This document shows positions 48,706 through 60,265 of a DNA stretch of 64,000 nt, piece after piece. The notes under the pieces were generated by a model, which saw nothing but the letters and a program-made list of their open reading frames with translations, made no database searches and had not been told where the DNA came from. The stretch comes from Felis catus (lineage: Eukaryota). Numbering within the stretch: the stretch's first letter is position 1; each line of letters opens with the position of its first letter. Location of the stretch: contig NC_058382.1 of the NCBI RefSeq assembly GCF_018350175.1, forward strand, positions 57,662,001 through 57,726,000, read 5' to 3'. The position numbers were made by a program, and so were the translations under genes.

Positions 48706-48956
48706 TTTTTTATTTTATTTTACTTTTTTTTTTTTTTTTACTTTTTTTTTCAACGTTTATTTATTTTTTTTGGGACAGAGAGAGACAGAGCATGAACGGG
48801 GGAGGGGCAGAGAGAGAGGGAGACACAGAATCGGAAACAGGCTCCAGGCTCCGAGCCATCAGCCCAGAGCCCGACGCGGGGCTCGAACTCACGGACCGCG
48901 AGATCGTGACCTGGCTGAAGTCGGACGCTTAACTGACTGCGCCACCCAGGCGCCCC
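48706..48956 (-). mobile_element. Young feline CAN-SINE, reverse, starting 15 nt after the exon 11 donor
   Basis: Long T-rich tail, CpG-rich body, same diagnostic positions as the 42929 copy. Confidence 0.96.
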
Positions 48957-49904
48957 TCGTAAAGGGTTTTTAAAGAGGTTCCTGACAATGCTGATTCTTT
49001 AACTAGTTTCTAAACGTATCTGCACCTGGCATCGGCCCTAAATCGCTAAACGGGCGACACAGGCCCCGGGGGTTCCCAGCTGAATGTCCCAGAAGTCCTA
49101 ATGCCTGGGTCTGGAGCAGCCAATAGGTTGTAGACGGAGAGTCTGTTTCTGTTGGTTGGCGATGGTGGGTGGAGTATTGAGTAGGATTCTGCAGCCTTGT
49201 TCTGGGCTCCTCAGAAAACAGGTCTCGATAGATTAGTAATGTCTGCCCTGAACGACAGAGGGGAAACTTGAGGAAGCACGCGGCCCGTCCGTGCCCTCCC
49301 CGGCCTCGCTGTATAATCCTGTCTACGGTGCGTTCACTTGGCGGGGGAGGGCGTACCCCTGGGGGGCGTCCTGCGGACACAAGCGGAGCCTTGGGTTCTG
49401 GTCGTGCAGAAAGAGCGCTTGACTGGGACGGTCTCAGGGGAGCCGAGATGTAGGGGCGCCCCGCCCGGCACCTTCCTCGGGAAGCTGGCCCGACAACCCC
49501 TTCCTTTGGGAAAGCAGTTCTTGGCTTGTCACAGGCCCTGGATGCAAGAATATCTCATTAGATGTCTTTATAAGAACACATAGCGGCTTTTCTCCTTATT
49601 ACAAAATAATGCCTATTCATTGCAGATAATTTAAAAATACAAAGGTGCCTTAAAAAAAAAAAAAAAAGGATTTGACCAGACTCCGCCACTTACAGATAAC
49701 ATTGTGAACGTTTTGGTGGATACTTCTGAAGGTGTTTTCCCTCTGATTACGAGTATATGCCCTGGTAACACACTGATACACTTTCAAAACTTGAAACAGA
49801 ATTACATAAGTTTGGTAACCTGATTTTTCTCTTCAAATAATACTGTATCAGGAAGCTACTTCTGTGCCTTTAAGTGGTGTTCTAAACCCAATTAAAAAAA
49901 AATA

Positions 49905-50343
49905 TTTTAATTATTTTTTTAATGCTTTTATTTATTTTTGAGACAGAGAGAGACAGAGCATGAGCAGGGGAGGGGCAGAGAGAGAGGGAGACACAGAATC
50001 TGAAACAGGCTCCAGGCTCTGAGCTGTCAGCACAGAGCCCGACGCAGGGCTTGAACTCATGGACTGTGAGATCATGACCTGAGCCGAAGTCGGACGCTCA
50101 ACCGACCAAGCCACCCAGGCGCCCCAAGAAGCCACTTTTTTAAAGCTTATTTACTTATTTTGAGAGGGAGAGAGAGCACGAGTGGGGGAGAGGGGCAGAG
50201 AGAGGGAGACAGAGAATCCCAAGCAGGCTCCAGGCTATGAGTTGTCGGCACAGAGCCTGACGCGGGGCTCGAATTCACAGACTGTGAGATCATGACCTGA
50301 GCCGAAGTCGGACGCTTAACCGACTGAGCCACGCAGGCGGCCC
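49905..50343 (-). mobile_element. Two tandem CAN-SINEs (about 49905-50125, 50136-50343)
   Basis: Two tail-body-head units. Confidence 0.92.
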
Positions 50344-50466
50344 ATGAACCCAGTGTTAATGACCTCATCTGCCTGCCACGATACGGCGGCCCCTGGTGTA
50401 GTGAACCAGTCCCCTTTGTTGGATTGCTACATCGATCCCCGACCCACCCAAATGATAGGCGGGACC

Positions 50467-50696
50467 ACGGGTTGGCGATCTGCCACCCTCAGGGGCGAAT
50501 CCTGCCTGCCCTCTGTCTTTGTAAATAAAGTTTTATTGGCACACAGCCATGCCCATTCGTTTACACGTCCTCTGTCGCTGGTTTCTGCCCTAACAGCAGA
50601 GTTGAGTGGTTGCCACGTAGTCCGTAGGGCCCCCAAAGCCAGAAATATTTAAATATTTGCCCTCTGGCCCTTTCGGAAGAGTTAGCCGAGCCCCAG
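50467..50696. mobile_element. MER58A DNA transposon relic
   Basis: TTTGTAAATAAAGTTTTATTGGCACACAGCCATGCCCATTCGTTTAC...GCAGAGTTGAGTGGTTGC...CTGGCCCTTT; TIR-like ends GGGTTGGC / GCCGAGCCCC. Confidence 0.88.
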
Positions 50697-51220
50697 ACTA
50701 GCTGAAGACACGCGGAGACTACAGGTGGGCAGTATTAGAGCCCCTTTTTACCTCTGTTGTTCAAACCCACGTGACCTTGAAGATCGCTAGACTGGGAATC
50801 AGAAGCCTGGCCTCCCACCGTGTCCTGGGCAGACCCAGGGTTGTCTCTTGGCCTTTGGGCCTCTGTTTCCAACTCTATAATTGGAATAATACCTACCGTG
50901 AAGAGAAGGAAGGTGAACAGCTTCAAAATAGAAAAGCAAATGAAAGGTATCGTGGGTCCGACGGAGGAACGATCGAGGGTGGTGACACCTTTGTGCTGTA
51001 GCCACGCTCAGGCCACGGGGCTTCTCACCCCTTGAGGGGCCCGAGGTGAGGTGCCAGCATTGCTGGGGCCGGGCACCTGTGGGCTTCCCATCCCACCTCT
51101 GTCCGAAGGCCCAGTGAGCCTCTTGGACCCGGCTGTCCAGCAGCCCATTTCATAGGCGGGTAGCCCGAGACCCCGGCTTGCGAGCGACCTGACCGTTTCC
51201 CATCGCGTTCCTGTCCCCAG

Positions 51221-51293
51221 TGCAAGACTTGGACTGTTACACCACCGTTGCTCAGCTCTGCCCGTTCGAGAAGCCGGGGACCCACTGCCCAAG
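51221..51293 (+). CDS. CRISPLD2: CRISPLD2 exon 12 (LCCL2)
   Basis: tccccag|TG...AAG|gtgaga; [23 protein letters not shown]; 73 nt. Confidence 0.96.
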
Positions 51294-52863
51294 GTGAGAC
51301 TGCCTAGCGTCTGGTTTTGCCAACACAGGGGCCGAGAGAAGGCGGCGTCATGTTGCGTCGGGGGTCATCGCGTGGGGCTTCTTTCACTCTGCGTAATGCT
51401 TTCGAGACTCACCTGTGCTGCTGAGCACGTCGGTGGTTCCTTCTTCACGGTGGTTTCCATTCTGTGCCTGGACCACACTTAGGTTTTACGTGCGCTGCCT
51501 AAACCTTCTCCGGCTGATTTTTGGAGGGTGATGCTTCGTGACAAAACAATAGGTTCCCGGTGACACTTCCTTCTGAGGCGCCTGTTAGGTCCTCTCGGGA
51601 GCTGTGAACCCTTCTCCCTCCATGAGACGGACCTTAAAACTAACATGTGGAGACCCCCAAGGTGTGAGCAGGGAAGAGCCCCAGGAGGCTGCTGGTGAGG
51701 GGCACACCCTGGACGGGGACCCCCCCACTCCTCCCCTCTGCTGTTCACACTCCCCTCGGGGCCCTCTCACTGGCCCCCACTGGCCCTCCGCCGCGAAGCT
51801 GATCCCCTTTGAATGTTCCAAGGATCACATCCTTTTATTAACTATTCAATAGTAAACCCAAATATTAAAGAGAAGCACAAGGAAGTTATTTTGGAAAGAA
51901 CAAATGAACAAAAACAAGAGCTTGACACGGTACAAGTATAGAAAACAGAGGTTTCTGGCCTGCCGTTCTAGAGAAAGTCAGAAAGAGTTTTCGTTCCCAC
52001 ATTCTGTTTTCTTTCTTAAAATCTCACACGCATATTCTCTCGGTCCACTCCTGTCCCCTCCCTCCCGCAGGACTGTTTTAACTTCCCAGTCCCTTTGTCT
52101 GCCTTTCTTGCCTCCCAAGATCCTGCCTGCCTTGGGGCCAGATGGCTTGCGGACGCCATGTTGGTTTCCTGGTCCCTGGGTTGGGTTCCAGCAACATGGC
52201 AAACCGTTGTAGATAAAGGCAAAAAAAAAAAAAAAAAACCTTTTCTTAGGTGGGGCTCATGCTTTTCCCTGGTCTGAATCTCTCACACCAGCTGGGGCCC
52301 ACCCATTTCCAGTTTGAGGTGCTCTCCTAATCCTCTAGGCCCACAGCAGGGATGTGGTTGACTGACGCAGTGGTGATCTAACCTCTTCCGCCTCAGGTTA
52401 TCAGCGCCCCCTCTCTGTACTAGTCTGACTCATTGAGGTGAGGGCCCTCCGCCCTTTCCGCCCTCATGCAGGGAACCGGCCTTTAAAAAAGTCTTTTGAG
52501 TATAATCTCCGTGATGTACTCCCGGTATGAGTTGGCCAACCCCCGAGAGTGGGAGGTATGACCTCCGACAAGCCCATATTCCCATCTCTCACATATTTAT
52601 TTTCTTTCACCTCGTTTCTGCGTGCCTCTTTTGGTACGGACTTTTAAAATTCCGTGTGCACGATTTAAGAAGAGGGAAGATATCTTTACCACCGCTAGGG
52701 TGCGAGAGGTATATGTTTTTTTCCTCAGAGAGTACACGCTGTGGTAGTTTCCTTTCCCATCCAAGTCGTTAAACCTTGACGCTCCAAGAGGGAGGGCCAG
52801 CCGCTTCTCGGGACCTGTTTTCTGCTGGCCGTGACCATCGCACAAACGTGTCTTGTTTTCCAG

Positions 52864-52939
52864 AGTTCACTGTCCGGCACACTGCAAAGACGAGCCGTCC
52901 TACTGGGCTCCCGTGTTTGGAACTAACATCTACGCAGAC
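52864..52939 (+). CDS. CRISPLD2: CRISPLD2 exon 13 (LCCL2)
   Basis: tttccag|A...GAC|gtgagt; [25 protein letters not shown]; 76 nt. Confidence 0.96.
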
Positions 52940-53979
52940 GTGAGTATGCTGGTGTTTTCCGGGACCACCTCTCGAAGCACGCTAAGCCCTCAGAAATCAC
53001 GTTCCAAAGTCTGGGTGCCAGAAACCCGAGATCTCACTCCTGTGTCTCTAGCTGACTTTAGACCACAGCATTTCTTTCTGCAACCGTTGCCCCCGTTTCC
53101 CGGTTCATAGCGACTACTTCCGCTCGTGTATGTTCACGAATACAGATGCAGGCGTACCTCGTCTCACGCACATGTTCTCATAGTTCGGTCGATTGACTCC
53201 CGCTTCCCCATTGAGGTGCATTTGTAATGTGCCGGCTTTCCTGTATCACGAACTTCATTTCCGGATATTTAACACCTTTCCGGCTCTCCTGATGCATTAA
53301 TAGAACTGGTCCACTCTCCTCACGGTATTTCTCTTTGGCTACGTGCCCGCCTAGCTAAAAACACCGGAGGAAATACAAATGACACTAATTTACTACTTGC
53401 TGATGACCACTCTTATCACACCGGAGTCTGTTCGTCTGTATTTCCTTACTGACTTTAGCAAGGAAGCTTCAGCCTGAGTTTTCTTAGCGAATCCTCCAGA
53501 ACGTAGTCTGTTCCCTCCAGTTGCCCGGGGTGGCGGGACGTGGCGTCCCGAGAGATGGGAATGTGGTCACAGCCTTGCCCAACAGGCTGTGTGATTTCTT
53601 GCCAAGTTGCTTACCTCTCTGTGGAAGGAGCCAGCTGGGATTTTTCTAGTCCAGGGAATCTTCGAGATCTAAAAAATCTCATGATTAGATCAGCGTTGCT
53701 TATCCCCGGCTAACGGCTAACGTTTTTACTCAACTTTTTTCCATTTTCATTTTAATTGTTCTCTCCCGCCCACGACCATTGTCTTTGCCTCCACCTGCTG
53801 ATTTGTTCCAGATTCCTGTAAGTGTGAGGTCACTAAGTCCTGTAAAGTCAAACCAACCTTCATGGCTCACCCTTTTTTTTCCCTTTTTGTCCTTTCCTCT
53901 TCAAATGAGTTTTTTTTTTCTTCTCAGAAGCCATTAAGCCCAAACTGAGTTTTGAAAGTTTAATGAAGGAGTAAAATAA

Positions 53980-54335
53980 TGTATATCAATTGTTACAGTG
54001 AATGTTTGAGCCAAAGTCTGCTATTAAAAGACAGAGACTTTGGTTTTAAAATGATTGAAAAGTAAAGGGATAGGGCCAAGTGATTCCAGCCAAATGCAGA
54101 GAAACAATGAAGCAGGAGTGACAATATTGCTGTCTGATACAGTGGAATTTAAGGTTAAACGTACTGAGTGGGACACCACAATTCATTGCACGGTGGCACA
54201 AAAGGTATAATTTATGAAGATCAGATTTATGAGATCAAATCTGTATGCGCCAAACAACATAGCAGCTGAACATATAAAGTTGTTTCTTGAAGGTTAGAAC
54301 TGCAAGGAGAACTTGATGGAAATTAACACTATAAA
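53980..54335 (+). mobile_element. Degenerate L1 ORF2 endonuclease fragment in intron 13
   Basis: Frameshifted segments ISIVTVNV, SAIKRQR, EAGVTILLSDTVEFK, NLYAPNNIAAEHIK and LQGELD match L1 EN motifs in order. Confidence 0.85.
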
Positions 54336-54384
54336 GCTATCTTTTGTTGTTTTAGGTGCTTTAAAAACACCATTTCTAAGTATT

Positions 54385-54434
54385 GGTGTCCCCATCTTAC
54401 AGGTTTACAGGCTTAGGTGTCCCCATCTTACAGG
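54385..54434. repeat. 19-bp direct repeat, period 31
   Basis: GGTGTCCCCATCTTACAGG at 54385-54403 and 54416-54434 (MIR-like sequence). Confidence 0.9.
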
Positions 54435-55194
54435 GCAGCTTTAGGCTGTCCCTAAATCACACAGCTGACACAGGCCAAGGTGAGGTGCCAGGAAGGTCTT
54501 GCTCCAGGCTCTGTCCTTTCCCCACTCTCTTGTGCCTTGCTTGAATGCACCTGCACTCATAATTACACTGATGTGAACAGGCACGTGGGTGAAGAGCCCT
54601 ATGGAGTGTTTACCTTGTTCACTAGGTTTTTGAGCTTTTGGAACAACCACAGTGCTCCAAACGGAGCTCGGCACATAAATGATTGTTCGGTGAATGTTTG
54701 TTGAAGGAATAAATAAGTGACGGTGTGGCGTTAGTCGATGTTTAAATGTTAAGCTGTTCAGAAACTAAAAGAAGGAAAGAAAAAAGGGGAAAAGAGAGGA
54801 ACAGGGTGGGGAGACGGGGAGAGGAGGTTGGCCGAGTAAGGAGAGAAGGAAGCAAGCTCCATCCCATTTTAGAGGTTCTTTGTTGGCCTCGGTTTCTAGG
54901 TCACTCTGTATTCTGGGAAATGATGATGCCTTTTTGGAAAATGTCTGTTTAGCTAAGAGATTTATTTTGGGAGAGTTGTCTCCAGATCTTCGAAGGGCCT
55001 CATAGTGCCGCCGTTTCCGCCTGCTCGCCTCACTTTGTGGTGAGCTGCAGGCAGGAGAGACATCGGGGTGCAGCCCAAAGAGCACAGTCCGGGTCAAGGT
55101 GCGAGTTTACGACTCAGGTGTGAGATGGCGGGCAAGCCTTTCCCCCACCCTGGACCTCAGTTTCTTACCTCTTCTCCCCATCTCCCTCGGTGGC

Positions 55195-55390
55195 TGGATA
55201 TGTCCTCACGCTTGGGCCCCGCACGCATCAGAATTCCCCGGAGGGCTTGTGCAAACAGACTTCCGGGCCCTACCCCAGCGTTTCTGACTCCGAATCTGGC
55301 GGGGAGCCAGAGAGTCTGCATTTTGAGTAAGTTCCCAGATGATGCTGATGCTTCTGGCCCGCATTCAACCCCGGAGCCCGTAGTAGCTCC
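55195..55390. mobile_element. MER5A DNA transposon relic
   Basis: GCATCAGAATTCCCCGGAGGGCTTGT...GGGCCCTACCCCAGCGTTTCTGA...TGCATTTTGAGTAAGTTCCCAGATGATGCTGATGCT. Confidence 0.85.
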
Positions 55391-57344
55391 ACGATAGCCC
55401 TTGCAGGCTCTTATACTCCCGTGAAAAGTAGCGTCCCGCTTGCCGGCTCCGAGTGGGTCCCCGCTCTGCTGTTGGCCAGCTGCGGGCTGCTGGGCAAATC
55501 GTTTAACCTCCCGGGGCCTCTCGCTGTGAAGAGAGAGTAACCCCTCCCACGGAGGATAATTGAGAGACGTCTCCGTTTCTGCGTGTGAAACACAACGGGG
55601 CCCGTGTGGTGCACGCTCCCAAATGTTACCCACGATGACCCCCACTCGGCTGTCGAGAAGGATCGGGCTGGCGGTGTGAGGTTCTCACAATCCCGGCCGA
55701 GGGCTCGATGTTGTCACAACTGGTGTCCAGAAATCAGGGCCCGGGAGGCAAAGGGCCGTCACGGAGGGCACAAAAGCAGCGTGCACGGCCTCTTGGGAGC
55801 GTTGAGCCTGGGGGACGTGCCTCCGCGGGCTGGGACTGCGGGAGGCGGGATCGGGGCCTCACATCTGGCAACTCGGTCAGCGTAGCGAGCGGCGGGCCCG
55901 CTCTGCCCGGCGGTCAGAACGGTAAGCGTGTTGGTACTCACTCGCCGAGCTCGCCTCCACTGACCGTGCGTTTAGGGGGGCTCTAAGCTGATCGTTGCGT
56001 TTTGGAAGTCCCCTCCCCCCCCCCCGTCTCTCTCGGAGACAGAGGCAGGCGCACTGGTTCAGAATCCTGGCGGGGCACAAACCCTTCCTGGGAACTGGAG
56101 GCTGACGGATCCTTTCCCCAGGACGGGCATTAAGAAGGCTTCCTTGTGCAGACGGGGCGACCAGCTGTCCTGGTCTCCCTGAGCCCGAGGGGTCTCCCCG
56201 CACGGGGCGCTAGAATCAGGGAAGTTCTTGCTGACCCCAGAGGCCCCCAGAGTTCTGCCCGACCCTCTGGGGCCTCACAGGTCCCCTGGAGGCCACCTCG
56301 CCCAGCTTGCCTCTTGACGGAGGAAAGATGGGGCCGCGCAGGACCGCAACTGCCTTTCAGTAACTCAAGCGACTGAGTCACAGCCCGCACGCGGTCCTGT
56401 CCTCCGGGCCTTAGTGCGGGTGTGCGCTCTGGCTCTGGGACCCTCCCCCTTTCGGCCGCGGTATTAGCTTCCCAGGGCGCCGGGCGGCCTCTGCCACTGG
56501 GAAGCGACTTTCTTCTGCAAAGCCAGCGGCCTCTCTGGAAGGGCCTGGGGTTGGAGGCCGGGGCCCACAGCCTGGAGGGGGCTCGGCAGGTTCGGAACAG
56601 GACCGGGTGGCGGCCCCGCGTGGGATTTCGAACGAACGGGGGTTTTCCAAACAGCCCCTTTCGATCTGCCCACTCACGTCTGGGGTCAGGAACCCGCTGG
56701 ATGGCGGATTGCTTGTCCCAGGCCAGGGGCACCTCAGCAGACGCTTCCTTTGCCCGTGCTGTGTCTGTGGACTTGACCCCTGCTGACGCGTCACATAAAG
56801 GAGGACCGTGCAGGATTCTTCTTGGCCGCCCTGCCTCTTCCCGGAGGAGGTGCCGGCCCGGTTGGCCAGCGGTCGGGACCCGAGTCGCTTCACGGGTGAT
56901 TGCTGGGTCCCAGGCACCGTGCAGACAGGGGGCCCTGGGAGGCAGCAAAGGCCAGACCCACCTTCCCGCCGGGTGACAGGCACCTGGCGGTGTTTGCGGA
57001 GCTGGGACACGGTCGGCAGCAGCCTCGCCTCCGCTCCCTGCACCGCACGCGATCGCACAACGCACCGGCCCCCTGGCGGCTCTCAACACGCACGGGGTCT
57101 GCCGGCTAAGCCCCCGTGACGGCCACGGCCACAGGTCACTAGGTCATGAGCGAAGGCAGCACCGGAGTCAGCTCCCTGACCCGTGGGCATGGTTTGACTT
57201 TCTGTCTCTGAGCGGCTCCGTCAGCCTGGCCTAACATTCTCAGACGTCCCTGGGGCCGATCTCCCGCTGACTCTCTTTTCTGAAGGCTTGCAGATCCTCA
57301 CACTTCAGGGGCCTCATCAGTGGAAGCTTTTTTGTTATCAGGGG

Positions 57345-57730
57345 ACGATTAGAAGCTGCATAAGTTCGTGGCCTAAAAGCAACACATGCTTACGGGCTGG
57401 AGGTCAGGAGCCCGATACTGGTCTCTCCAGGGTCAAGCCACCAGCAGAAATTCGTTCCTTCCGGAAGCTCCAGGGCCGCCTGTGGTTCTCTTGCCTTTCC
57501 CACTTTCTAGAGGCCGCCCACGGCCCCTGCTTGGGCCGCCGCCTCCTGGCTCTGTCCCTCCTGCCTCCCCTCTCGTGAGGACCCTTGTGATGACTGTGGA
57601 CCCATCGGTAACACAGGCTCATCTCCGCACAGGGCCCTTAAGTTAGTCACCTCTGCGGGGGCCTTCGGCCACGCGTGAGTCCACGTCCTCACGGGCCCTG
57701 GGGGTGGGGGTGTGGGCGTCTCTGGAGGCT
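57345..57730 (-). mobile_element. MLT1 LTR
   Basis: GTGGCCTAAAAGCAACAC...CTGGAGGTCAGGAG...TTGCCTTTCCCACTTTCTAGAGGCCGCCCAC...GGACCCTTGTGATGAC. Confidence 0.75.
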
Positions 57731-58627
57731 GTGACCCCGCGGACCCCAGAAGCACAGACTTCGTGCTCCACCAGGCCTCAGCTGGAATCTCTGCGGAGCC
57801 ACTAGCTGCCCGCGTGGCCCTGGCCCAGTTCTCGGACCTCCCCAAACCCACACTTCCCGGCCTGTGAAACGGGGATAGCAGCAGTTACGCGTCTCACTGG
57901 AAGTGTAAACGAGATAAGAGCCAAAGGTGGTCGGCCAGGGCCTGGGGCACGGTCAGCCCAGAGTCCGTGTTCGCCCTGCTGATCACGGGGGGGGGGGGGG
58001 GGGCTGTGCGCCCCACAGACGGATCTGGGTACAGGTGGGTGAGGCCCCGGCCACACGTGCGAGCCACCTGACCGGTGTGGAAGATGCTGGGTCTGGGCCT
58101 CCCCGGCCCTCTTTCTGTTTCTTGGACATGACGAGGTCACGCAAAGGCCCCAGGGCCTTTGCACAAGCTGCTCCCTCTGCCTGGGTGGCTCTGCCCAGAG
58201 TTGTTCCCGGGCTGTGGCCGACTCCTTTTTGCCGTCCAAATCTGAGCTCAAGTACCACACCGAGAGCAGTCGAACCCCTGATTGACTCTCCTAAAAGAGC
58301 CCTTCCAAACCCAGCCACTCTGTCTCCCGATCTGGCTTTATTTCCTTCGGAGGCAGAGTTGCTATTTTGCGTATTTGTTACTTGTCGGTCTCCCTCAACT
58401 CCCTGAAGGCAGAGTCTTTATTTTCCCTGCGGAACTTTTCTGCATCTAGCTCAGTGCCTGGCACACCCCCGGGGGAATCAAGGAGGCGATGGTTGTTTCT
58501 TAGCCGTAACTTGATCAGCGCCCTCCCCCACCCCCAACCAGGCCACCAAGTGCTGGCCGATGGCATTAGGGCCTCACCCACGAGCACAACACTCTCGATG
58601 TTGATCGCGGCTCTTCTGTGCTTCCAG

Positions 58628-58761
58628 ACTTCAAGCATCTGTAAGACGGCCGTGCACGCGGGAGTCATCGGGCACGAGAGCGGGGGTTACGTGGATGTGA
58701 TGCCCGTGGACAAAAAGAAGGCCTACGTGGGCTCGCTCAGGAACGGAGTGCAGTCTGAAAG
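58628..58761 (+). CDS. CRISPLD2: CRISPLD2 exon 14 (LCCL2)
   Basis: cttccag|ACT...AAG|gtaggg; [44 protein letters not shown]; 134 nt. Confidence 0.97.
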
Positions 58762-59689
58762 GTAGGGGTGCGTCTTCTGGCTCTCGACACCCAAGGCCAG
58801 CCAAGGGCATTCCCACCGGAATTCTCTGCCTTTCTGTTTTAAAAACAAGAACTTCTTTCTCTGACGAAAGCTCAGAAGCACCCGGGAGACGCGGTGGGAC
58901 TTTTTCTGGGCACGGAGGAGCGTGCGTCGTCCCCTGCGGAGCAAGCAGGGGCAGATCGTGGTGACGCGGTGGTCCTCTATAGCGAGGTGACAGTATAGTT
59001 ACTTACGGAAGGAGGAGCCCAGGGTCTGGCATCCAATAGACTAGGCTCTGCCGCTCGCCAGCTCTGTGACCGTGAGCCGCCACCCCATTTCCTGGTGCCT
59101 CAGTTTCCTCACCCGTGATGGGGGACCAAACTGGTCCTGGCCTCGCACGGTTGCTGGAGGATGAATCCAGTGCCCGTCTGAGAGCGACGAGCCCTCAGTA
59201 GGTCACGGAGGCCGCTCCCAAACCCGCTCCCAGTGTCGCTGTGGGCGAGGCCACACGACTGCGTCCGGTGAGCGCACCGTGCCCCCCTTCCCGGTTGGAC
59301 AGTTCAGCGCTTTGCCCAGGGGCTGATCGTCACCGTGGTAAGCAGCCTTGCAGGGGACGTTTGCACCTGCCACAATCGTTTGCTTCAGTTGCTGGAGCAA
59401 ACGTCAAAGGCTTTGGGTACGCCTTTCCAGAACATTCTTCACGAGGGGTCCCAGCGCCGCTTCGGGCTGCCAGACCGGTTTCTGGCCCATGCCGCTCATT
59501 CTCACCTGTGCCCTGCTGTCCGTGGAAGCAAGTCCCAGGCCTCACAGCCCGGGGACCCAGGCCCCAGTCCTGGGGCCTCCTCCTGAGAGCCCCGTGAGCT
59601 CACACAAGGCACCAGCCTTTCTCAGACCACCCAGGGGCAGATCCCTGTCGGGGGTGTATTTCTTCTTAGTGCTGCAGGGGGGTCTCAGA

Positions 59690-60010
59690 GCACAGACATT
59701 TCTATCCTCAAAGTTCAGGAGGCTGGAGGTCCGCGAGCCACATGTGGGTGGGGGGCTTTTCTGGGGCCTCTCTCCTGTTGTGTAGACGGCCAACTCTGTG
59801 TCCTCACGCGGCCCCCCCTCTTTGCGAATCTGCGTCCTAATCTCTTCTAAGGACGGTCTGATTGGGTCAGGGTCCACCCTCGTGAGCTCACTTTTACTTT
59901 AGTTGTCCCTTTGAAGACCCTCTTTCCAAATACGGTCACCTTCTGAGACGTTGGGGGTTGGGACTTAAACATAGGAATTGGGGCGGGGGACACAATTGAG
60001 CCCATAACAG
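59690..60010 (-). mobile_element. MLT1 LTR
   Basis: GTCCTAATCTCTTCTAAGGAC...GAAGACCCTCTTTCCAAATACGGTCACCTTCTGAG...ACACAATTGAGCCCATAACA. Confidence 0.8.
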
Positions 60011-60060
60011 AGGGGAATGCTGACATTTTATATTTGAGGGGGCCTTCTTTATAAAAAAAA

Positions 60061-60265
60061 ATTTTTTTTAATGTTTATTTTTGAGAGAGAGACAGACAGC
60101 GCAAGCAGGGGAGGGACAGAGAGAGAGGGAGACACAGAATCCGAAGCCGGCTCCAGGCTCCGAGCTGTCGGCACAGAGCCCGACACGGGGCTCGACCCCA
60201 CAGACCGCGAGATCGTGACCTGAGCCAGAGTCGGATGCTTAACTGACTGAGCCACCCAGGCGCCC
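60061..60265 (-). mobile_element. CAN-SINE with perfect 15-bp TSD
   Basis: GAGGGGGCCTTCTTT at 60036-60050 and 60267-60281. Confidence 0.95.

Noticed and set aside
53200..53520. Possible old minus-strand L1 3' fragment
   Set aside because: Too degenerate to assign by eye; needs RepeatMasker.
56130..57089. 319-aa minus-strand ORF and overlapping ORFs in intron 13
   Set aside because: No domain, several frames open at once, consistent with a GC-composition artefact.
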